Of a stretch of 64,000 bases of DNA, positions 1-9,614 are shown piece by piece. How positions within the stretch are numbered: the first letter of the stretch is position 1; every line of letters starts with the position of its first letter. The notes under the pieces were generated by a model. That model saw only the letters and a program-made list of their open reading frames with translations. It had not been told where the DNA came from and searched no databases. The translations under genes were made by a program, and so were the position numbers. Source of the stretch: a virus. Location: IMG/VR virus record IMGVR_UViG_3300021964_000016. One strand, 5' to 3'.

Positions 1-3000
1 CCTCATGAAAGGTACTGAAAGAATAGCAACAGTTCTGTCACCAAGATCGCGAGTGAACGTTTGATCGCTGACAACCTTAGTTCTGACGCTCTGCGTGACT
101 CGATATGTCTCTGTTCTAGTTCCACCTTGTAAGTCTACCAAATCAAACCAGTTGTCTTCAGTTTGTTGGTTATCACGACCAAGGGCAGTATTGCTAGAAC
201 CAAGGAGCGCACCAAAAAGTCCAGCAGGTCCAGTAGGTTCTGTTCTAGGGCGAGGAACCCAGCGAATAATAACAGAAGTTCTGGAATAAGTAAAAGTTCT
301 TGGTACTAAAGGTTCACCAATTCGACGGATTATAGTACCGCCATTAATATGCTTGTCTGGCAACCTTCGAGTATCGAACCAAATATCTCTTGATGGGTTC
401 AAACGAAGAATACCTTCTCCCATGAAGACGTTAAATGGGTTTACATTATAATATCCAAATTCTTCATAGTTTCCAGTAGATTTCCAAGAAATCATCTCAT
501 TTTTCATACTCGTGTCTAAAACGTCTATGTAGTCTAACATAAGGTTTTCACCTTTCTTGATTATGTTAGATTTTGTTACACCACGAGAAGAATATAGATT
601 GGCAGAGTCATAATTAAACCCAATATTCTCTGCTTCTAACTTACAATGCATAGTGAAGTTACCCTCATCTAAAGATGAGGTAGCAAAAGACGCATCGTCT
701 ATAAAGCTGTTGTTAATAATTGAGGCAGTGAACGCATAACCTTTAGTGAAATCGTCTACAAAGAAACCAGTCTTGGAGCGGATATTACCGTCAGCATCAA
801 GTTCTACGAGGTTAGATGCTTCCTGTTCAAGAGCAGTCAAAGAAACAGTTTCTTCAAGACGAGCAACTCTTCTCTCAATATCGTGTATGTCGTTCATTTT
901 AAACCCACGATATTGTCGACGGTTCCAGGACAGGTCAGAAGAACTCTTAGTGTTTCCTCCAAGAGCAACATCAAACAGAACCATTTCTCCCTTTTTCTCT
1001 CCTGGAGGTACTGGTTGTAAAGATTCTTCTCCTTGGTTTACTGCAACCACTGGGCGAAAATCGCCGTCATATTTCAAAACCACATGGTCTAGTCGGTGAT
1101 TATAAAATTGAACACCGTAGTTTATTTGATCGTCGTTTCTTGGCAACCTAAAACGATCTCCAGAAGTCATTGCACTAGAATCAGGATCTAGTTTTGATCG
1201 GAAGTCTAGGTAGTTGTGTAATGGATATATTCGACCGCTTTTATTAGAAACATAATTCGGAATATCGCCGTAGTCAAACCAAGTAGAATCTTCTATGTCA
1301 TAAGAATTAACAGAGAAAAAGTCTCCGCCCGATCCCCAAGTAAAGTATGCGACCTTGGCTCTTATATCTGTAACGGCAGCAGCAACCCCGTCTGGGATTA
1401 ATTTTACAGGTCCGTAATAATTGTCTCTTTGCCCTGGATCAAAAGCGACTTGGTGCAGAACATTTGAACCAGCACTATCACTATCGTATGCTGCAATCAA
1501 AGAAATACCATCATACAATTCATTAGCAGTAATAGAAAGAGGATCAATAGTAAAGTCACTATCTGGCGAAGTACGAGAAAAATCGAACCAATTTTCTGAA
1601 TATGTTTTAGACTTTGGTGATGGGTCATCAACGCTCACATAATAGAAAATTTCATATCGAGAAGTTGTCCCACTTAGAGTACTAATAGTAGCTGTGTTTC
1701 CAACTACTGATATTTTACCGTCAATATTCTCTACGGTATTGTTATCCTTTCTAATCGCGATCCATTGCGCCTCATCTGTAAAAGATTCGTCAGCAGCAAT
1801 TGTGATAGTCACTACACCACCACTTGCCGTTTTACTCGTCTGTTCTTGAACAGTGAAATTATCCACACTGACTTGTTTGACCCTTCCTCCAGGGACTTCA
1901 AAAAGACTGGTATTCGTTTCTGGAGAAGTTACATAAGTCTGATTATCTTCCCTCAATGGTTTTACTGCTTTTGCAAAATCGGTAGAATCTCCGATAGCAA
2001 ATACGTCTCTAAAATTATTCGCGCCAGACATTTGTATGTCGAAAAGGTGCATTCTGTATCGAGCACTGTCTATAGCAGAACCTCTGTCGACAAGAGATTT
2101 CACTCTGGTATAACCAATAACAGCCGAATCCGCATCAAATAGAGCAATTTTCTTTTGATTTGTTATTGCGTTCTCAAAATCACTATCTAAGTTGCCCAGA
2201 GAACTATCGCCTGAACTTAGGTTGTCAAAGGCAACGTAGTTTTTGTAAGAAACATTAATGTTTTGATCTGAGTCGGTAACAAAAGAAGTTGGTTTCGGTA
2301 CAACTAAACTTTTTCCGACTTTATGCTCTAGGCGGAATCCATCTAAAAATGCTAGTGGACGCACCCCTAACTGTTCAGCAGGAATGTCATAAATCATTTG
2401 AGCACTGTCATCGCCTTCTCTAAATTGTATCTCAAAGTCGTTGACAATAAAGTTTCCATGAGTATCATGGTGGCGATGTGCTAGTCGTTTCTCAAATTGA
2501 TTAAAATTGTCAGTTCCTTCTTTTATTTGTACGATTTTAGAAGCACGAACAGTTGCAAAGGAAACAAAATCTTCTGCTACTGCAACCGCGTCTCTCGTAG
2601 ACAAAGTCATCTGGATTCTATATCGATCGGCACCAGGAGCAGACAGATTAGGTCGAGTTCCTTGATTGTCGTACAAAGCATCGTCATCAGCGGTAGTTAC
2701 CACATCTTGCGTTACTTCAAACCCTACTTCTGCATCAACATAAGAACTGTATTTTGATATTGCTAGAGTTTGTTTAGGAACGTATACAAAGTGTCCTTGA
2801 ACGTAAAATTCTGCTCTTTGTACAGAAAAGAGGACACCCTTTCCAGTAGAGTTTATCGCCGAACCGCTATGTTTTGTTCGAACAGTAAGACTATTACTAC
2901 CGTTTACTAACGTTTCTGCATCATCAAACGTTAAAGATTCGGTTTGAACGTCTGTGGAAACACTTTGTTGATTAGCAGAGACATACCTTCCATACAAGAT

Positions 3001-3393
3001 ATGAATCGTACTCTCACCCGCGTTATCGTCTTTCGCTTCTTGAATATAACTTATTTGAAACTTTAGTCCGCTCGTTCCTGTTTTTGATTCGCCTGTAAAC
3101 TCTAACCCAATATAGTCGGCGGCATCAAGGGCAAAAGATGCGTCTGTGACGATAACATAATCAACGATGTCAGTTCCAGCACCAGATGATTTCGGAGATA
3201 TAGCAGCACCATCCATGAAGATGTTGTTTGCCATTCTGGTGATTTGAGTTTGTAAAATAGTCTGTAACTGATTGAGTTCCCTCGCTTGGAGAGCACGTCC
3301 AGAATTGAATAGAACCTTATGGTATCCAGCACTATCTTTAAAATCGTCCCTATATGTATCAGAGAACGTTGTTGATGTAAACTGATTAGGCAT
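1..3393 (-). CDS. Large virion structural protein, DUF4815/VrlC-like; 3' end runs off the window
   Basis: Absent from the ORF track because its stop lies outside the window. ATG at 3393 reads MPNQFTSTTFSDTYRDDFKDSAGYHKVLFNSGRALQARELNQLQTILQ, the typical DUF4815 N-terminus. It follows gp8. Confidence 0.85.
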   Translation of the reverse strand, partial: MPNQFTSTTFSDTYRDDFKDSAGYHKVLFNSGRALQARELNQLQTILQTQITRMANNIFMDGAAISPKSSGAGTDIVDYVIVTDASFALDAADYIGLEFTGESKTGTSGLKFQISYIQEAKDDNAGESTIHILYGRYVSANQQSVSTDVQTESLTFDDAETLVNGSNSLTVRTKHSGSAINSTGKGVLFSVQRAEFYVQGHFVYVPKQTLAISKYSSYVDAEVGFEVTQDVVTTADDDALYDNQGTRPNLSAPGADRYRIQMTLSTRDAVAVAEDFVSFATVRASKIVQIKEGTDNFNQFEKRLAHRHHDTHGNFIVNDFEIQFREGDDSAQMIYDIPAEQLGVRPLAFLDGFRLEHKVGKSLVVPKPTSFVTDSDQNINVSYKNYVAFDNLSSGDSSLGNLDSDFENAITNQKKIALFDADSAVIGYTRVKSLVDRGSAIDSARYRMHLFDIQMSGANNFRDVFAIGDSTDFAKAVKPLREDNQTYVTSPETNTSLFEVPGGRVKQVSVDNFTVQEQTSKTASGGVVTITIAADESFTDEAQWIAIRKDNNTVENIDGKISVVGNTATISTLSGTTSRYEIFYYVSVDDPSPKSKTYSENWFDFSRTSPDSDFTIDPLSITANELYDGISLIAAYDSDSAGSNVLHQVAFDPGQRDNYYGPVKLIPDGVAAAVTDIRAKVAYFTWGSGGDFFSVNSYDIEDSTWFDYGDIPNYVSNKSGRIYPLHNYLDFRSKLDPDSSAMTSGDRFRLPRNDDQINYGVQFYNHRLDHVVLKYDGDFRPVVAVNQGEESLQPVPPGEKKGEMVLFDVALGGNTKSSSDLSWNRRQYRGFKMNDIHDIERRVARLEETVSLTALEQEASNLVELDADGNIRSKTGFFVDDFTKGYAFTASIINNSFIDDASFATSSLDEGNFTMHCKLEAENIGFNYDSANLYSSRGVTKSNIIKKGENLMLDYIDVLDTSMKNEMISWKSTGNYEEFGYYNVNPFNVFMGEGILRLNPSRDIWFDTRRLPDKHINGGTIIRRIGEPLVPRTFTYSRTSVIIRWVPRPRTEPTGPAGLFGALLGSSNTALGRDNQQTEDNWFDLVDLQGGTRTETYRVTQSVRTKVVSDQTFTRDLGDRTVAILSVPFMR

Positions 3394-3404
3394 TTCTTAT
3401 TTCC

Positions 3405-4934
3405 TTAAAGGTCTATTACAATCTTAATGTCTTCTGTCTGTTCATTATCTCTGGTAACTGGTGACCTGTTGTCTATATAGATCACTTCTCCAGAGAAGTT
3501 GTTTACCTCAGCAGGGCGAAGAACGGGTTGCCCTCCAGCTGGGTTGGGGATAACAGAAATACCACTACCTCCAGCACCAACAGAAACAGTGTCAGAATCT
3601 GTGAAAGGTTTAAATCCCGTTTCTCTTGTTTGATGAACATACAAAATATCGTTCGTCTCGTCAAAATAATCTAGGACTGCTCTTGCGTTAGAAACACTAC
3701 CTATAACAGTTTCATCACCAAGAATATTGGAATAATTCAACCCGCCCGCAACATACAATTTTTTAAGCGCATTAAGTGTAACATCGCTTGCAGCAGAATC
3801 TCCAGAAAACCCAGGATATTGTGCAGAATCTTTTAGTGGGTTTTTAATAATCCCTATTTGACGGAAATCGTTAGTTACTTGGAAATCGTTATTTTCTGTT
3901 CCGTCTAAAGTTGCGTTAAACATTATAGCAGAAGAGTTTAAATCTTTTATGGGGTTTCCTCCCATACCAGAATCATTAGCAATAATTGCGCGCAGTTTTG
4001 CCCCAGTTCCGCCACCTCCAGATACAGTAATAGAAGCATCAAAATAATTTTTGCCGAAAGTAAACGTGCCTACACTGTCCCCGTCAGTAGAGTCTGCCTT
4101 CATAATTACTTCATATATTGATCCATTATGAATACGAGCAAATGCTTGCGCTGGAGTAACATCAGAATCTAATTGAGCAGAATCGAACTTTGTTAACGTA
4201 TTTCTAGAAATTGGTGTAATGGTTATTGTCGGTTTAGAAGTAAAACCAGAACCACCGCTGTCTACTGCTATTCCGATGATTTGTCCTGGAATCGCATTGT
4301 TTTGTAATCCAAATTGTTGTCTACGAGAAACTGATAAATTATCGAAAGGAATATTTGTTTGAGAAGAGTCTAACACCTTTTCAACAGGCATGTAAGCAGA
4401 AGTAATATATTTTCTGGATTCCGCTGCGCCAATATTGTACATGAACTTCCAGATATATCCATCGTCACCAGCAGAAAAGGGGTTTCCTGAGGTGTCTATT
4501 GGTTTATACAGAGATTGTCTAGGAATTGCTTGAGAGGTATACCCTTTTTGAAGGCAAACATAAACATTATCGTCGTCAGTAAGAACGTAATACGGGTTTT
4601 GAATATCGCCAGAAGCAGAAATCGTTGTATTAGAATTATACTCATCGTCCCATGCTTCATAAAAGTTACCAGCAGTCCAACTGTGCCTTGGTACAACATA
4701 GGAAACGTCCGGAACCAATTTCATTGACTGGATAGATGCTTGAAAATCTTTAACGGAGCGATTGCTTGGAGTTGGTGCAGGTGGTTCTACGTCAGAATCC
4801 CATTCCTCTGATCTTCCAATCGCCAAATAAAATCTATCCGAGTCTTGCCCTGAATCTAATCCAACGTTTTGGGTGCTGTTATAGAGATCAGTTAATATAT
4901 CTCTTTTTAGACTTTCAGTTATAGTAGCGGCCAT
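3405..4934 (-). CDS. gp8: Baseplate wedge subunit gp8-like
   Basis: FYLAIGR, VVPRHSW, YYVLTDDDNVYVCL, DGYIWKFMY, NDFRQIGIIKNP and C-terminal SGEVIYIDNRSPVTR...EDIKIVI. Confidence 0.85.
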   Translation of the reverse strand: MAATITESLKRDILTDLYNSTQNVGLDSGQDSDRFYLAIGRSEEWDSDVEPPAPTPSNRSVKDFQASIQSMKLVPDVSYVVPRHSWTAGNFYEAWDDEYNSNTTISASGDIQNPYYVLTDDDNVYVCLQKGYTSQAIPRQSLYKPIDTSGNPFSAGDDGYIWKFMYNIGAAESRKYITSAYMPVEKVLDSSQTNIPFDNLSVSRRQQFGLQNNAIPGQIIGIAVDSGGSGFTSKPTITITPISRNTLTKFDSAQLDSDVTPAQAFARIHNGSIYEVIMKADSTDGDSVGTFTFGKNYFDASITVSGGGGTGAKLRAIIANDSGMGGNPIKDLNSSAIMFNATLDGTENNDFQVTNDFRQIGIIKNPLKDSAQYPGFSGDSAASDVTLNALKKLYVAGGLNYSNILGDETVIGSVSNARAVLDYFDETNDILYVHQTRETGFKPFTDSDTVSVGAGGSGISVIPNPAGGQPVLRPAEVNNFSGEVIYIDNRSPVTRDNEQTEDIKIVIDL

Positions 4935-4946
4935 TTCCTTTACCTA

Positions 4947-5750
4947 TTATGCTAATGTGATGCCAGTATCTGTAATCAGATGCCAAGCAGAGTCTGACCA
5001 GATTAAAGAACAAGCAGCGTGTTGAGCGACTTGTATTGTTGTTCCACCCGCCAAATTTGCTGGGGTGATCGTAGCAGTACCAGTATTGATATTTACAAAC
5101 TTTTTCTCATCTCCTATCGTTACACCGTCTGGTAGGGCAACCGCAAAAGGTGTAGATGATTTGTTAAGAAAAGAAGTTGGAAGTTTGACGCTGGCAGTAG
5201 ATCCTGTAGTTGTAATTGTTTCAGTAGTAAACACAAGTCTGCTGTCTACATGAACTACGCCGTTGTTAAGTGGATGAAGATGAAGATCTACATCGCCTGA
5301 ATCCCCCGTAACCCCAATGACAACTCCATAAGAAGAATCGCCGTTTTTAACTTCAAAATGATTAACTGCGTTTGGAGTACCATTAAAAGAAATAATTGGG
5401 TTATCGTTGCTATCGTGAATGTCATCGGTAATGACGTCAACCAACGTTTTGTTGGTCAGGATATCTGTCGTGTCCTTTAATACAACGGTGCCAGTAGCAT
5501 TAGGGAGAGTGATAGTTTTATTACTACCTGAAGTAGTTGCTGCAACTAATTTTGTATCGTATGTCCCATTTTCAAAAATAATTGAACCGTCAGAATCAAA
5601 ACTGATGTTTGTGGTCGAAGAGACAGAATCCCCAAACAGCAGAAATAAAGACCGAAAATTTGTATTGATCTTATCTGCTGCCTGACGTAAAGTATCGCCA
5701 GTACCATCATTGGCAGTAGTACCGTTGTTTAAAATTTCTCTGGTTGCCAT
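4947..5750 (-). CDS. Baseplate/tail-fibre connector protein with gp9/gp10-like N-terminus
   Basis: N-terminal NDGTGDTLRQAADKINTNF motif; late promoter upstream; ATG at 5750 preferred over TTG at 5756. Confidence 0.65.
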   Translation of the reverse strand: MATREILNNGTTANDGTGDTLRQAADKINTNFRSLFLLFGDSVSSTTNISFDSDGSIIFENGTYDTKLVAATTSGSNKTITLPNATGTVVLKDTTDILTNKTLVDVITDDIHDSNDNPIISFNGTPNAVNHFEVKNGDSSYGVVIGVTGDSGDVDLHLHPLNNGVVHVDSRLVFTTETITTTGSTASVKLPTSFLNKSSTPFAVALPDGVTIGDEKKFVNINTGTATITPANLAGGTTIQVAQHAACSLIWSDSAWHLITDTGITLA

Positions 5751-5779
5751 TTCCAAAATTTCCGTTTATTTGTATTGAC

Positions 5780-5787
5780 TATTTATA
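5780..5787 (-). promoter_or_regulatory. T4-type late promoter TATAAATA
   Basis: Exact consensus, intergenic, upstream of a structural gene. Confidence 0.85.
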
Positions 5788-5807
5788 AGGGTTTTATTCA
5801 AAATCAA

Positions 5808-7133
5808 CTATATGTCGCCATTATATCCCAAAATAGGAGCAGAGTCGCCGTTACCGAGTCCGTCACTATCAACAGAATGCAAATAACTGAAATGCCAAAC
5901 ATCTTCGTCTATCAAATTGATTATATTAGATAGGTCAGCATAACTATCATCAAGAGTTCTAGCATTTATATCATCCGCGTCAGCGAGAGAACCATATTGC
6001 GTGTCCCAATTTGCAATTGTTCTTGGGTGGAACATATCGTTTGGTCTGGTTCTAATTCTATATCCATCCGGACCAGGAGCAATCTCAGTAACAGAAGAGG
6101 TTAGAAGTCCCTTTGTTTCTTGTTTTGTTGTTATATTAGTTGTTTGCACAATTAATACTGGTGGAGGCGGTTGGATAAGAGCAGGTGGAACCAACCCCAA
6201 CCCCAAATCAAATACTGAAGTTATGTCTACCTTTCCTGCAAGGTACATACCTGCTGGGTGAATGAAAGACTTATATGCTCTTTGCCAAACATTAACGGAA
6301 AGTGGTGTAGATATCAGCAATCCATATAACTGGAAAAACCTATTGTCAGTTATTCTTTTATCCGTAACATCAGAACCAATTGCTGTGTTAGAAGTTTTTT
6401 CAGATTCAATTCTAAGTTTTTTTCCTTGATATAGCAAAGCGTTACTAGCAGCATAATTAAGAGAAACATCAGATGCATATGAAGTTGGGTTGCCTTCTGC
6501 ATTAACTGCCCAAGAAGGAGTAGAGGTAGTTTTTAAAGAAACCTTTTTTTCAAAATAATTTAATTCGTAGTCTACACCTTCAACAATTTCTATGAATTCT
6601 CCGTCATCTTTTTGCAGAAAGACTGTAACTACTGCGTCCGGAAATGTAAAAGAAAAGTTATTACCTGTTGTAACCCCACCACCAATATACTCTAGCGTTT
6701 CTAATCTGGGGTCGCCCACATTAAATACTCTATCTCTCCCATATTCTACTTCAATATCTACTCCATAAAATATCCTAAAAAACTGTTTTATAGAATATTC
6801 TGTTCCTTTAGATCTATAGAGTATGTTTGAGTATTGTATTGCTGATCTTTTATCGTTGAACGTTTCAAAATAAGGTTCGCCGAGTAAAAGTTCGCTTGCG
6901 ATAAATGTCAAAAATTCAGTTTTTGTTTGTACTACATCACGGGATATTAGGAGATCTTGAATATTTGAAACAGGGTTATCCCCTGCTTCAAGACTTTTAT
7001 AATACTCTTCCAAGAACTTTACTAAATTTGGGTACTTATCGTCGAAATGAGACGGCAAAGCATTAAAAACTTCATACCGATCAAAGTCTAGGTCGTATCG
7101 ATAGATATCGGATGTTGTCTTGTCAATTGACAT
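5808..7133 (-). CDS. gp7: Baseplate wedge initiator gp7-like
   Basis: LVKFLEEYY, LYRSKGTEYSIKQFFRIFYG and FIHPAGM motifs; located next to gp6. Confidence 0.7.
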   Translation of the reverse strand: MSIDKTTSDIYRYDLDFDRYEVFNALPSHFDDKYPNLVKFLEEYYKSLEAGDNPVSNIQDLLISRDVVQTKTEFLTFIASELLLGEPYFETFNDKRSAIQYSNILYRSKGTEYSIKQFFRIFYGVDIEVEYGRDRVFNVGDPRLETLEYIGGGVTTGNNFSFTFPDAVVTVFLQKDDGEFIEIVEGVDYELNYFEKKVSLKTTSTPSWAVNAEGNPTSYASDVSLNYAASNALLYQGKKLRIESEKTSNTAIGSDVTDKRITDNRFFQLYGLLISTPLSVNVWQRAYKSFIHPAGMYLAGKVDITSVFDLGLGLVPPALIQPPPPVLIVQTTNITTKQETKGLLTSSVTEIAPGPDGYRIRTRPNDMFHPRTIANWDTQYGSLADADDINARTLDDSYADLSNIINLIDEDVWHFSYLHSVDSDGLGNGDSAPILGYNGDI

Positions 7134-7138
7134 GCTTG

Positions 7139-9049
7139 TTACTCGGTGTCAGTGATAACTGCTTTGGAATACGATTCTTCTGCATCAAACTTTACAATAC
7201 TGTTTCGGACTGAAGTCACAACAGATTTATTTGCAGGAATAGCATAAAGTTTTATGTAAGATCTTCCCCCTGGAATAGATTGAACATTTAATCCAGTTAT
7301 AGTAACTGTTCCAGTAGTTCTATCGTAGGAACCTATATTGTCTACTACGACGTCACCAAAAGAATCGACTATTTCTAAAACGTTAGAAGGTCTAACTTCA
7401 AATACTGCGTCTTGTCCTTCGCCAGAAACACGAACTCTTTCGTTCAATTTGTTTCTTATAAACACTGTTTTATTTTTGTAGGTAAACTCGCTGGTATAGA
7501 CAGTTTTTGCTTGTTGTACAACAGGGTCTCTTATTGCGACTGGGAATTTTACAACATAATCTTTTATCTGTGTCAATTGAGGAAATACCCTTCTATTAAG
7601 AACAATTTCCGCGCGAGAAGAGAGCACAGAAGGATCAGTAGCGTCAATATCGGTTAACAGGTTTGACAAACGAAATACTTTACCAAAACTTCCAGTATTT
7701 TCTGCAAAATATTCTTCTACAGAAGTGTTCACAGCTGCTCGTATGTTGGATTGAGTCAATCCTGTCAAAGCAGGATTAAACTGGAAAAACACTTCAGTCG
7801 CAATATAAGTTTCTACTGGATCTTGGAACCTTAACTGAAAAGATGTTATAGAATATTGTTCTGCTAACTCTAGAATCTTTTGCCTAGTATTAGAAATTGT
7901 TTGCGAACTTAGTCCTGCTTTCCAGACTATAGAAACATATACTGCTCCAAAATCTGGGTCAAGTTCGTCTTGTCCTCCCCAAGATTGTATGTCACTAATA
8001 AAAGAAGAATATTTCTTTAGTATGAGTGCGGTGTAATCGTTAGCAGTTACCATTCTGTTTTGTGAAGAAAATTGATATGGGGCATTTTTTCTTATAGATT
8101 CAATAGACTCAACAGCAGTACCGCCAGAGGAACTTGTCACCGTTTCGAGATTAACTGTATCTAAATTGGGGTCTACGAGATAACTTCCAATGTAGATGTC
8201 AGAAGCAAGAACAAGACTTTGTATTCCATTTGCTGTTTCTCCGCTATTTCGAAGATAATTAACAGCAACGACGTTTCCTGCCTTTGGTGAAACACCGAGA
8301 GTTGTTCCGTTACCAAAAGACAACTCATAAAATCCATTAGGGGATTCTCTAAGAACATACAACCTAGATTCTTCATCAATCGTTGTAGCGTCAACTAGGT
8401 TTTGATAAACAGAAAATTCTGAACCTCCGTCTACCTCAGAGGATGCCTGATCTTCAAACACCCTGACAATGGCAGTGCTTATGTCAACTTCTTTGTCGGG
8501 GATAACATAAACAGTATCTAATGAAGACCCAACCAAAAAGTCTTGTTGTCTCTCTTCTCCTTCGTAGACGAAAATTGTCCCATCAGGGTCGCCCGCAGGA
8601 TAAAATTTATACGTCCCATTTTCTAAAAATGCTTCAACAGTTACCCTATTACTAAATGTATAGTCTACCTCGTCTTTTGTTCCACGAAGGACCAACTCAC
8701 CAGGAAGTAATTTGACCTGAGTCGCTAAATTGCTAACCGAGTTTGGAGTTATTGAAAAATTAATAGTGCACTCAGAAGATTTTTTAGAGTCCGGAATATA
8801 TCCCAAAGATTCCGCTAAAGAGACAACAGAAGGTCTTAATTGTGCTGTGACTAAAAACGACTCGTTTAATGCAAAATTGGTCAAAAGTGCATTATAATGA
8901 GTGTTATATGCAAGAACGTCTAAAATATTGTTTATACCAGAACCGTCGAAATCATAATCATTAAATTGCCCACCATCTTTTAAAAAGTTCTTTAAACTTT
9001 CTTTAATGGCATTGAAGTCTAATTCTGTTGATTTTATTGTGGTTGCCAT
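7139..9049 (-). CDS. gp6: Baseplate wedge subunit gp6
   Basis: ELDFNAIKESLK, DYDFDGSG, LDVLAYNTHYNA, ESFLVTAQLRPSVVSLA and QNRMVTANDY. Confidence 0.95.
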   Translation of the reverse strand: MATTIKSTELDFNAIKESLKNFLKDGGQFNDYDFDGSGINNILDVLAYNTHYNALLTNFALNESFLVTAQLRPSVVSLAESLGYIPDSKKSSECTINFSITPNSVSNLATQVKLLPGELVLRGTKDEVDYTFSNRVTVEAFLENGTYKFYPAGDPDGTIFVYEGEERQQDFLVGSSLDTVYVIPDKEVDISTAIVRVFEDQASSEVDGGSEFSVYQNLVDATTIDEESRLYVLRESPNGFYELSFGNGTTLGVSPKAGNVVAVNYLRNSGETANGIQSLVLASDIYIGSYLVDPNLDTVNLETVTSSSGGTAVESIESIRKNAPYQFSSQNRMVTANDYTALILKKYSSFISDIQSWGGQDELDPDFGAVYVSIVWKAGLSSQTISNTRQKILELAEQYSITSFQLRFQDPVETYIATEVFFQFNPALTGLTQSNIRAAVNTSVEEYFAENTGSFGKVFRLSNLLTDIDATDPSVLSSRAEIVLNRRVFPQLTQIKDYVVKFPVAIRDPVVQQAKTVYTSEFTYKNKTVFIRNKLNERVRVSGEGQDAVFEVRPSNVLEIVDSFGDVVVDNIGSYDRTTGTVTITGLNVQSIPGGRSYIKLYAIPANKSVVTSVRNSIVKFDAEESYSKAVITDTE

Positions 9050-9573
9050 TATCGTAACCTATTCAAATTTATGGTTGTTGTGACAGTTTCTTCGAAACTT
9101 ATGTTTTTGATGTTCAAGTCCAGTTTTATCCTCAAATCATTAGAAGAATACCTAAGAAGATCAGAAGAACCGCTCTCAATAATTTTTTCTCCTTGAAGAT
9201 AAGTAATATTTTTTACTTCAACTCTAGGTTCCCAACGCTGTAGGGTTTTGGTTATTATTCTTGTCACAAAAGGTTCAGAAACTTTGGTACTGCTTTCAAA
9301 TAAGAGAGATCTCAAATTTCCACCAAAACTGGGTTCAAAAGGTTTTTCTTGGGTATTGGTTAACAATATATTTTCGACAGACTGTAGTACAGCAGCAACA
9401 TCAGTTTTTTTATAAATGTCGCCTTTAAAATCTTGCCCAACACCAGAACTGTCGTAACTGGTAGGTGTCCCTGGTTTGGCTGTAAAAGACAAATCAACGT
9501 CTGAGTTGAATTTTGTCTTTCCTGTAAGTAGAGTTTTATTTTTTAACCCTGGAAGTACTCTATTCAGTGCCAT
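9049..9573 (-). CDS. gp25: Baseplate wedge subunit gp25
   Basis: AVLQSVENILLTNTQEKPFEPSFGGNLRSLLFE and WEPRV. Confidence 0.9.
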   Translation of the reverse strand: MALNRVLPGLKNKTLLTGKTKFNSDVDLSFTAKPGTPTSYDSSGVGQDFKGDIYKKTDVAAVLQSVENILLTNTQEKPFEPSFGGNLRSLLFESSTKVSEPFVTRIITKTLQRWEPRVEVKNITYLQGEKIIESGSSDLLRYSSNDLRIKLDLNIKNISFEETVTTTINLNRLR

Positions 9574-9600
9574 CGGAGGTTCCAATTAATTTACTTCATT

Positions 9601-9608
9601 TATTTATA
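9601..9608 (-). promoter_or_regulatory. T4-type late promoter TATAAATA
   Basis: Exact consensus upstream of gp25. Confidence 0.85.
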
Positions 9609-9614
9609 CGCCAA

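Noticed and set aside
95-3332. Short ORFs listed in the track over 1-3.4 kb, and most other plus-strand ORFs in the window
   Set aside because: Antisense or off-frame shadows of long minus-strand genes. Only gp4 and 53274-53669 have plus-strand support.
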